Source: Trichosphaerium sp. ATCC 40318 (taxonomy: Eukaryota > Protista > Tubulinea). From it: 64,000 nucleotides of DNA. The DNA lies in the NCBI GenBank assembly GCA_038496445.1, contig JALMLS010000418.1, positions 62,001 to 126,000 on the forward strand, given 5' to 3'. The stretch's first letter is position 1, and the number at the start of each line of letters is the position of its first letter. Positions 40,116 through 51,659 of the stretch are shown here, piece by piece. Made by a program: the position numbers and the translations under genes. The notes below the pieces were generated by a model. The model did no database searches and had not been told where the DNA came from. It saw nothing but the letters and a program-made list of their open reading frames with translations.

Positions 40116-43100
40116 ATGGTACGGGCGATGGCGTGTTAGTTAGAATAACTGAATAGGAAAAGGACACTTCACAAAAGATGTTGTGGGTACCAAGTGAAAC
40201 AGACGGTTTCGAACTTGCAAAGCTTGTTGGAACTACAGAAGCTCATGGAACTACAATGTATCAAGTTCTCGCACCAGGACAAAAAGTAAGGCTATTACAC
40301 AACGAAAATACTTCTACAGAGTGTTAAACAACACCTTGAGAATTCTTCTTCCTGTCACAAACATGTTTAACTCCTTACAGAAACAAATATCGGTTCAGAG
40401 GGACCTCTGTCATAACGCAAACCCCACACAGGATGGTGTTCCAGATAATACAACACTTATAGAATTTAACCCCGCAACTCTTCTCCAAAACTTACGTTGT
40501 CGCTATAAAAAGGATCAAATATACGTATGACGCTTGTTTTTACTTCTACTATTCACTTTTTCTCAGACTTACACCGCACACATTTTAACGGCAATTAATC
40601 CTTATAAACAACTTAATATCTATGATGAAAAGACTATGGAAAGGTAATTAAGAATTCTAAACGTAATTAAACGTCAGAAAAAGGCCAAAATCTATTTTTC
40701 CTAATTTTGCCAATTTTACGACAAAAACGCTAACTTTGGATTCAATAGATATGTTGCTAAATATATAGGCAATGAACCACCTCATGTTTATGGTATAGTA
40801 TACAACTCCTTCCTTTTATGTTGTCTTACATTTTTGGTGTAGCTATTGCAGATAAGGCGTATAGGTCTCTTAAATATCAAGGTGAAAATCAAGCTATTAT
40901 AATGAGGTATGAAGCGTGATTTTCGAATTTTTCAGAAAATTTTGTGACTGATTGATTTATTTTTTCAGTGGTGAGTCTGGTGCTGGTAAGACGGTGACGA
41001 GTAAGATTGCTTTGCGATTTTTGAGCTTTGCTTGTCGTCGAGATAAGGATAAAACTGAACAATTAGAACAAAGAATTTTAGCATCGAATCCTATTCTTGA
41101 AGTGAGTTTCATGCATAGAGGTTCTATTTTTAATTATTTTCTTTAGGCCCTTGGTAACGCCAAAACATTAAGGAATAATAATTCATCGCGCTTTGTAAGT
41201 TTTATCATAGTTCAGTGTCAGATGGAAGTAACAAAAAAAAATACTTAGGGTAAATTCATAGAAATTCATTTTGACGAAAACTATCATATTGAAGGTGGCT
41301 TGATTACAACGTGTATCCTACTTGCATAAATGACTTTGCAACTTTTCAATAACTCTACATTACCTCTTTAACTCTTGAAGACCTTTTAGAAAAGTCTAGA
41401 TTGGTACATCAACCAAAGAATGAGAGGTTCGTGTCATAACACAAGTCAACTATTTCTTTTTTTACTAACACGTGTAACTTCCAGAAATTTCCGTATTTTC
41501 TACCAGATGACTCTTGGTTGTACTGAAGCTCAACGTAAAGAATGGAATTTACACCAACCAGAGAAATTCCATTATTTGAACACTTCAGGTACAGACAGAA
41601 AAACCGTTTCAGATAAGTGACTTAAGCATTGTTTAAGGTTGCATTCGGATTGAAAACTATGATGATGCAGCCCACTTTAAAGAATTCTTGGTACTGTTAA
41701 AGTATTCTAATACAATCTTACATGTTATTTAGAATTCATTAAACGTCATGGGGTTCACGCAAGATGAGCAAAATATGCTATTACGCACATTAGCTGGTAT
41801 TTTGCATTTAGGAAATCTCGAGTTTTCTCCAAAAGAAAAAGGTCAAGGTTGTGTTGTTAAGAATATGGAAGGTATGTAAATATCATAGTATGTGTTTTTG
41901 TAGCATTTGGTGCTCATATAAGGCTTAGAAGTTAAATACGCTGCTGGGTTATTTAAGTTAGATGAGAATGTCTTTGTGACTAGTTTACTTCATCGTACTG
42001 TGTCTGTAAAGGAGCAAGGTAATGTTAGTAATATTCAAGTACCATTAAAGCTTCAAGAAGTACGTGTTTGTTTGACTTTTTCTTTATTAAAAGTTGGTCG
42101 TTTTGATGGTTTTGTTATTGATTTTTTGCTTTCTTCTAGGCCGAGTATGCACGTGATACGCTTGCTAAGACGATTTATTTACAACTTTTTGAATGGGTTG
42201 TTAAGCGTATTAATGATAGCTTGAGAGATAAGAAAAAATATGATAGTGATAGTGAAGATGAGAGATTTATTGGGATTCTTGATATTTTCGGATTTGAGAG
42301 TTTTGAGGTTAATTCGTTTGAGCAGTTGTGTATTAACCTAACAAATGAACATTTACAAAATTACTATGATGAACAAATATTAAATCAAGAGCAAGAGATT
42401 TATAAACGTGAGGGTATACAGTGGACAGATATTAAATTCAAAGACAACTCTTTTTGTATAAAACTGCTTGATGAGGTACATGATCATTTGTTCTCTTCTT
42501 CGTATTAGTTTGTGATTGACACATGTTTTTTAGAAGCATCATGGTATATTATCTATACTAGATGAAGAATGTCGTATGCCTACCCATAGTAATGGTCAGT
42601 TCCTAAGGAAGGTTTATAGGAAGCACCTCAGAAATCCGTACGTAACAAAACCATTTTTCAGTTTGATTTTGTTTTGACTTCTGTCTTAGGTACCTTTCTA
42701 AGCCCGCTGTATCAGCCGCAAAAGGAGGTAGTGGTAAAGCGAGAGAAAAGACAACAGCAAGAACTGATGAAGAGGCGTTTTGTGTTAAGCATTTCGCTGG
42801 AAAGGTACTTGGTGTTTCTTTTCTAATTTCTTCGTTAGTGAGCTAATAAGTTTTGTAGGTTACCTATGATGTAACAACAGGATTCATTACAAAGAATAAT
42901 GATATGATACACCCAGCTTTAGAAGGTCTCATGAGTGGTAGTAAAGATCCAATCTTGGCTAATATATTTGCTGTAACCAAAGAGCGAAGTACTCGGTTTA
43001 ATACAATTAGTGCAACGTTCTTGGCTCAACTTCACAAACTTATGGCGAGGTATATACCTCTAATATATTTCGTATACACTTACATATATTACTTTAGGCT

Positions 43101-46100
43101 TCGTGGATGTTCTGCACACTTTGTGAGATGTATCAAACCTAATAGTATTCAGAAACCAGCTGTCTTTGACGGTAAATCAATTTTTTTTCAACTCAAGTGT
43201 TCTGGACTATTGGAAACATTACAGCTCATGACTCTTGGTACTTATATTTATCGTATGCACATAATCTTATGCTTTTTTTAGGTTACCCTACACGCTGCTC
43301 GTATAAGTATTTGTATGATAGGTATCATGATATCATGCCACCTTTGCTTAAAAATATGGATCCTTCGTCGTTCAGTGAGGCGCTTCTTATGGCTCTTGAA
43401 GTACCTAAATCTTCGTATACACGTGGTGTATCGAAGCTGTTTTTTAAGGCTGGTCAGGTACGTTAATATCACATAATTTTAAAACGGACTTGTACTTGTA
43501 TTATTTATCACGTGAATCTTTTTTTATGCTAATTACATTCCTATAGATGTCGTTCATAGAGAAGCTAAAAGAAGAGGGTAAAGCTATTGCGCCTGAACTT
43601 GTTCAGCGTGTTAAAAGCTGGATACTTATGAAGAAATTTCGTCGTGCAGTTACTACAATTATCGCTGTTTTCCGCTGTACGACCTTTTCTCTTTCTTGTA
43701 GCCATCCATCTCTAATGGTTTTACTTATAGTCACACGCGTTCTAAGATGTCTTGAATCACTTCAACGCTTTAGAAAAACAGTGAGAGTTTTGTGTATAGT
43801 TAACAAGACTATGATTAAATTAGCTCGTAAAATACGTAAAAGAGTTGCTGCTACAAAGATACAGAGCTGTAAGTGAACAAATTGTTATTTATTTTTATCG
43901 TTAAGCTTACCTCTGTGATAGTGTGGAGAATGTATTCGCGTCGTAGAACATATCGAAAGATTAGGGCGAATGTAATTAAATTACAGTCTTGGATACGTTG
44001 TACTCACACGTGGCAAGTTGTAGCTCCTGTGATTGAACAGCAACGTGAAGGTAACTTTGTTTTCTTTTTTTAGATGATATTGTACTGAAAATTCGCTTAT
44101 TTCAACATAGAACTCCGGAAGAAGATTGAAGCTGAAGAAAAGAGACGTAAAGAAGCATTGGCATTAAAAAGACAAGAAGAGAAGAAGCGAGCTCTTCAAA
44201 AACTTGAAGATATGCAACGAAAGAGTAAGCCAGTTTCTTGAACCTCACGTGTTTCTTTTTGTTTACTTTGACTATAGGTCGAGAAGCTAAAGCAGCTAAG
44301 TTTAAAGAAGCCGAAGAAAAGCGTCTCAGGGAAGAAGCTTTGAGAGAGAAACTAGTACTTGAAGAAAAAGAAAAGGAGAAAAAAATAAAAGAACAAAAAG
44401 AGCTTGAGGAAAAACGGAAAAAAGAAGAAGAGGAACAACGTCTTCGTGAAGAACAAAAAAAGCGTGATGAGCAAGATAGGATAGCTAAAGAGGCTGAAGA
44501 GAAGCGAAGAAAAGCTGAAGAAGCCCATTTGGCTGCTCTCAAAGCGCTTGAAGATGAAAAACAGGCACAGATCATTGAAGCTAAACAGAAACGCGATGAG
44601 GCTGCAAAAGAAGCCAAAGAGCAACAAGCGTACACTCACATATGCTCAGAACAATAACTGACACTTTTCTAGGCTTAAAGCGCAGTTAGAAGCTCAATTA
44701 GAAGCTCAACGTGTTGAGCAAGAGAAAAAGAATACTGTGCTTGCTAAAAAAGCAGAAGAACTTGCTGTATTGAAAGCAGAGCACGATACCCGTGTTAATG
44801 AACTTCATAAGATTACAAAAGAGCAATCTGAGCGTTTGGCTCAACTAGGAGAATGGGAGGAAACGTTGGGTACGACAAGAAACAGCCAGAGTTAGGACTA
44901 TCGAACAAAAATGAAGAGTTTGTCTTCATATTCTTTCGAGTTTGTTTGTCATGTACTGATATGGTTTTTTGTAGAAAAGGAACGTAAGAAACGTGAAGAA
45001 GAACAAGAGAAATTGAAATCCAAAGACAAAGAATTGAAAGAGTTATTGGAGAGGCATAAGGCAGATAGCGCAGAACTTGAACGTCGTCAACAAAATATGA
45101 CAAAAGCTCATTTAGAAAAGGAGCAGGTACCACTTTTTTCTTGTTTGTTTTTTTTAAAAGAGAGACGATATTTTATTGATCCGTTGGTGCTTATAGGAGT
45201 TGAATTTACTGCGTAATGAGCTTGAACTAGCTAAAAGACAAGTTGAAGATCGTAAAAACCTGGAAAAGGAGAGACAAGAATTACTTTCTGGTGAATTAAA
45301 GAAGCAACAAGATAGTTTAGGTAAACCACTTTTCCCTTTAAAAAAAAACTGGCCAATGTCAATGTTGCTCTTCTTGTTCCATGTTTTATCTTCTATCTAT
45401 CTACTCCTACCTTATTCTTCTTTCTTCTTGTTGTTCTTATCGTGAACTGTTAGCTTCTCTTAAGGATGGTATTACGAGGCGTGAAAGTAATGTTTCGTTA
45501 ATGGTTCAGGAAGCACAAAAAAGAGAGATGGAATTAGCTTTAAAATCAAAAGAACTAGAGTTTGAGATAAAGCAAAAAGAGGAAAATAAGAGGATGGAGC
45601 TTGAACGCTTAGAGCAGTCTCTCAAGGATAGTATGTCCAAAGTAGAGGAAGATAAAGCCAAGCAAGAGGAAATAGCAGCTTCTACAGCCGAAAAACTGAA
45701 CGAAAAACAGTCTTCTTTAGAAGAACGTGAAGCTGCCCTTAAGGCTCGTGAAGAGGCTGTTACTCTTAGAGAAGATGAAGTAGCTATATTTCAGACTAAA
45801 CTGGAGAAGAAAGAGCAAGAGTTAGACTTTAAAGAAGTCCGCTTGAATGAAGATACAGAAAGCTTTAACAGCAAGAAAGCAAAGTTTAAAGTGAAGAAAC
45901 AAGCCTTTAATGAGGCTAGTGCTACTTTTACACAGAAACAAGCTGATGTTATCATCAATGAAGCACGTGTTAAAGAAGAATTACGTATATTACAAGAAGC
46001 AAAGATGAAGTTCAAAGAAAAGAAGAAAAAGTTCGCTGAAGCTCAACCAAGTGTTGCGCAAGGCGTTGATCAAGACCATATTGCTAAGCTTGTTGAGGTA

Positions 46101-47110
46101 CCCCTATTTCATAAATACACTAATTTTACTACAACACAACAATGCTAAATATAACTAGGCATCTACGTCACGTGTTTTAGAAAGACAGTTATCAGATTTG
46201 AAGCAAATGTTGGTTACAAAAGACCCAGAGAGTGATACAACTCTGACACCTCGTAAGAATAAGGGTGGTGTTCCTTATACGCCTAGAGATATTCATGGAA
46301 GGCGTAAGTATTATGTAGATACAATGACAAACTCACTGTTTGTTTTAGTTGAGTATAAAGTAACTAACTTGAGAAACGCTTTGGGCAGTATTGAAGGCGA
46401 ACTACCGGCTTTGACTAACCGTAATTTTCAACAACAAAAGGAGATTGCTGAGCTCAAACGTATTATATGTAAACATGAGGATGAAGTTAAACGTTTACGC
46501 AGTATGTTAGTAACTAGCTTTGATAAACCTGAGGAAACGTTATCTGTACGAAGAGCTTAGAAAACAAGTATGATATTTATTTTTATTCGTAGATTGTTGG
46601 CGACGACTCTGTCGCTCATCCTGAGTGGCCTAATAAGGAAGAGCGTGAGCGTAAGCACTTACAATTACACAATGATTTTATGACATCGGAGGTACTTTGT
46701 TTGTGTGGGGCTCAAATGTTGAGACTTGTTTTTAGGTTGAGCGTCTTCAAAAAGATTTAGAAGCTAAAGACGACCTCATCAATGTTATGAGAAATGAGAA
46801 TTCTAGACTTAAAGAGTTTGCAAAGACAACTTCAGTAGGCGGAGAACCTCAAAGTTTGGTTGTAACACAGTTCCACGATCTAAAGAGCAGGTAAAACGAA
46901 AGACAACATTGCATCTCATTTTTTTCTGACAACTCTTTTTTTAGATACTTTGAAACGATTGCTCTCTTTATTAAGCTGCAAGGTTCTATGCAAGGTAAAT
47001 CACATATCGGAAATGCAGATGTGCATAAGTTAAAGGAGAAGGCGTTACGCCTTGGTATACCGTATGACCAGTGGCCAAACTGGATCTTGGATGAACTTCA
47101 AGAAACTTGA
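40116..47110 (+). CDS. Unconventional myosin heavy chain, myosin VI-like (motor, IQ, ER/K helix, coiled coil)
   Basis: GESGAGKT, NNNSSRFG, YLLEKSR, LDIFGFE, FVRCIKPN; IQ motifs; E/K/R-rich tail. First coding exon is probably ATG only (40116-40118). Stop TGA at 47108-47110. Confidence 0.95.
41313..41380 (+). other. U12-type (minor spliceosome) intron in the myosin gene
   Basis: Donor GTATCCTA, branch CTCTTTAAC, then 8 nt ending in AG. Removal restores Y-LLEKSR. Confidence 0.85.
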
Positions 47111-47363
47111 AGCTTGTTGGCTTCTGTAGTAGCTCTAGACCAAATTTTTTTTATGCGTTTTGAATGCATAGTGTAGTTTTGTAAATAAGTAATAATGTTA
47201 TGGTTTAAGAGATGAAATACAAGCACACCTAAAGTAAAGACAGTTTCGTCCAATTTAGTAATTCTGAACATGTCACTTAATCATTTTTTGGATTAAGTAC
47301 CTCGTGAACATCACTTTGAACATCACTTCTACAAAGTTACAACAATAACGTAAAATAGTCAAC

Positions 47364-47823
<460 letters not shown>

Positions 47824-47846
47824 TTCCCGCAACCCCTAGTTCCCTT

Positions 47847-47862
47847 GGTGTTCTTTAACACC
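47847..47862 (+). promoter_or_regulatory. Histone 3'-UTR stem-loop
   Basis: GGTGTT-CTTT-AACACC is a 6-bp stem with a 4-nt loop starting with GG, about 24 nt after the H3 stop codon. Confidence 0.85.
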
Positions 47863-48211
47863 TCCTAAAATTGCTGTATGCTTCTCTTCATCGCATTGTA
47901 GTACCTTTTGTTGATAGTAGAGCACATTTAATAAAATTTTCCTTTTCGAATACGTTTTGACGTGTACACGTTCCACTTCAAGGTTTTGGAGCGTGCTTGA
48001 AGATGGATGATATTCAACCATCTTTTGTGTCCCATAGGGCGTTATTAGTAGTTTTAGTGATTTGATGATATCATGTGATGATTTCTAGTTCTTGACGTAC
48101 AGGAAGTCACCCATGATAAGTGTTTCAGCTTCATAGAAGCCATCATAAGTTGTATTATGCTTTCATGCATTTACGTCGTAAAACCTAACTACGTCTCATC
48201 AAGGCGACTAA

Positions 48212-51200
48212 ATGGATCCAAACCGAAGCTTGCTAACGAATTACCAGCAAGTGATAGAAGCCAGCAAAAGTGATGAAGAACGAAGCACCGCTTTGACCCA
48301 GTTTCGAAACTGTCTCAAAAGCAATGTTGCCCTAACATTTCTATTACGCTCATATTTAATATACTAATTACAGTCATCTTACATTCAAGAAGTGGACGTC
48401 TGGAATTCTGTGAGCGACCAAGAAATTTCAACAGAATTTATCTATTTTGATCTTATTTGTCTCGTGCGGTTAAAGCATGTGGTGACTATGTCCGAAGAAA
48501 TAGAGATGGATATCTTGTACGATTCGACTCCTTGGCGTTTAGAGTACAGGCCAAAAGTCAGTAGAGCTTATTTATTGTACTAGTACTTATTATTACATTA
48601 GGTGTCGCCTCTACAATGGCAGGTGTAAGTTGATACGTATTTATAGCTTATTCTTGTCATTTCGCTACACGTTTTAATGTTTTGGAGTCTATGCTTACTA
48701 TTTACGCAGTTACAGAGTACCTAAAGGACCTCCTGATGTTTCTACTCTACGTACCGCCGTAGATGACGTAAATAAGGATATAGACTTTAAATCTAATCAT
48801 AAACGCTTGTGTCATGCGCTGGAACATCTACAGAGTGAAGGGTACTGACAAATCCTTTTTTTTTTTTTTTGATTGTTTATTCCCAAATGTACAAACTCAC
48901 TCAAAACTATCATGATAGATGGCAACCAACAACAAAGACAACAAAAGTATCAAAAGAATTTGTTCGTAAAGCCAGACCTCTACTTTACTGTGATTTGGCT
49001 ACATTTGAACGTTATTGTTTATACACCAAAGGTACGTAATGTGATGTCTTAGCATACAAGACATTTTTATGTTGTTTTTTTTTTTTTTGGGCAGTTTATC
49101 TAACCAACGGCTGTCACGTGACTTCAAAATCAGTGATATGAGGTTTCCACGTGTATACTTTAATTTACAAAAAAAACTAAGTATTTAATTAAGCTATCGA
49201 ATCAGCGCCAGATACAGCACCAATGACTGATCCAGACGCTATTTCTCGTATTATTGCCGCAGGTACATTTTTACTTTAAAAATCAGTTTTTTTTTTGTTT
49301 TAGTTCCCAACAAATTTATAGTTCCTATGTTTGTTGTAGGGATGTAGTGTTGTGTGGGTTATTATGTTGGTTTTTTTGACGGCGTATTAGGTGAATATTT
49401 CGCTCATTTGGTGCGAACATATAGCCTTGCAGGTGTTGAAGTGTCATTTTTAAGAAATACAATAAAAACGTTCATAGCTAGTGAGAATCCTAAGATGCCT
49501 GAGGACATTCAAAAGTATGCGGAGATATTTGAAGTAGATTTATCAACAACAAAGAAGATTTTGACAAGTTGTATTGACTTGGTAGCAAAGACTGCGTCAT
49601 TTCTAGCTGAAAAGCGAGTACGCCATGTTTAGTTGAAAAACAAACAAAAATGCCTCAACGGAGTAACACTATTTTGACGTCTATGTTAGAAATCTGCGTT
49701 TAAGGATGAAGGAAATGTCAACAGCGGCATTCCACAGTCTAAATACGTTGCATGCGCTCTTGGTCCATCACCACAACAGAATAAGGGAGGCATTGTATTT
49801 CAGTTAAAACCGGTACAATACTCGTATTCCACACGAATAACAAAAAAATCAACTACTTTTTTTCTCGAACCCTTTTTGAACTTCAGTGCCAATACTTGCT
49901 TTTGAGTAATAGTCTAACTGAGATAGGAAGTAATGCATCACCCGGATTTTGCTATATTCTTTGGCCGAGAAACAGCGTATAAGGATAAAACAATTTTTTT
50001 TGAAAGACCTTGGGATTTACTTCAAACAAAGCAAACAGATAGTGCTGAACCTGTTATGAGAGGTAGCGATCCAAATGCCACGTATTTACATAAAGTATCA
50101 AATGAACAATCTCTTGAATGCCATAAATCATCTTGCGTTCATCCTGCTTTCGAGAATTGGACGGAAGTCGTCGCTCAACAATTGATTAATACAACCAGGT
50201 ACGATTTCTTTTCTTGATGGAATATTTGACTGCTTGCTTGATCGCTCGCTACCTTATTGCGTGTTTTAATTGTAATATAATAGCTTGCATGTGCATAAAA
50301 ATATACAGGATGCAGATGAGTTTCATAAAGAAGTAGGAATGGGAGAATTCCGTGATTTTTTACGTCAAGTTGACTCCAAACACGCTATCCATTGTAGACT
50401 ACCAAAGAAAGTACGCTTTATCACTATGGTTTAAATTCTTTTTTGATAAAACTGGCAGTTTTATATAAACACGTGATTAAAAATTCAACAAGTTGAATTC
50501 GCTTTTTCGAGTTTTTTTTTGCTGTTTGTTCATTTCTTTGCTTATGTTGTTTTGCCAATAGATTCCATTTGAGTACATTGAGAATATTTACCTACCAGCT
50601 ACTGTTTGGCCTTATATTAGATCTTTTATTGGATTTGTAAAAGTAGGGTCTTGTGATAGTAATATGTCTCAATTGGTCAGCACTGTATATAAGACTAGAG
50701 ATGATCTGCGTAATAAGATTGATGACTTATTTTATAACTCTCAGGTATCGAGAGGAATCCCTAAGAAGGGGTTCACTTTTTGTATAGCACAGATGAAAGG
50801 AAATGATGTTTTCCTTCCGTGTGGCGAGTTCAAAAGAGAGGTAAGACTAATTTTGACCTTTTTTTTTTCTAAAGGGTAAAAACAAAAAACAGTGTTGAAG
50901 TGTTTTGCTTCGTTGGTTTATTTCATTGAACCTGACATGATTTTTTTCTAATTTAGGGATATGGTTGGGTGAGGTTTAAAGCAAAGGGACAGCATATACG
51001 TATTACTTTTACGCCCAAACGTGAGAATTCACGTGCAGCTGATTATAAAGTTTATAATATTGTAATCGGCGCTTTCAAGAACTCAGTGCGTCTTACAGTA
51101 TTTCCCGTATTAGGTGTGAATGGTATTAATTTCTTTTTCACCAGATAACTTATCTGAAGACTTTGAACAAAGAGAGAAAACACTTGCCAGAAGATCCCAT

Positions 51201-51560
51201 TCTGCACTTTAAGGTTTGCTATTTTTTTCTCACACAATTTTACTCATTGCTTGATAAGGTAAGTGCTAATGAGAATATAAATGCTATGGCATCTCCTTAT
51301 AATCATCAAATGTATTGGATATCAATAGAAAATGGTCACGTGAAGGCGGGTAAAGGTGAGTGAGAAAGAAACTAATTTATGAGAGTAAACTTGTTTTTTT
51401 TGTTAACTATGGCTCTTTAGGAAGTGCTATTAATCGTCAAGTTTTCATGGATTGGGAAGATAAAGAAGATGCTGTAAAATTTAAACATATTGGTATTAGC
51501 ACATGGGAAACAGCGATAGAATTCGAGCAATTTGAAGTTGGTGATATTGATGAAAAATAA
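48212..51560 (+). CDS. Uncharacterised protein with a C-terminal farnesoic-acid O-methyltransferase-like (Methyltransf_FA) domain (multi-exon)
   Basis: C-terminal VRFKAKG...YNIVIGAFKNS...YWISIENGHVKAGKG...FMDWED...HIGISTW matches the FAMeT-domain pattern. Upstream exons chain from ATG 48212, though the first donor is weak. Confidence 0.7.
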
Positions 51561-51659
51561 AAATTATTCAAAAAAGAAAAAAACAAGAGTAGTTGTTGCT
51601 TTGTTTCTGTTCTTAACCTTTGTAGTACTTGATAGGGACTAAACCACCCCTTTGTTTCA

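Noticed and set aside
44102-46015. Long antisense ORFs over the myosin tail (and similar ones over CREG, LRR and MORN genes)
   Set aside because: Shadow ORFs caused by biased codon composition on the coding strand.
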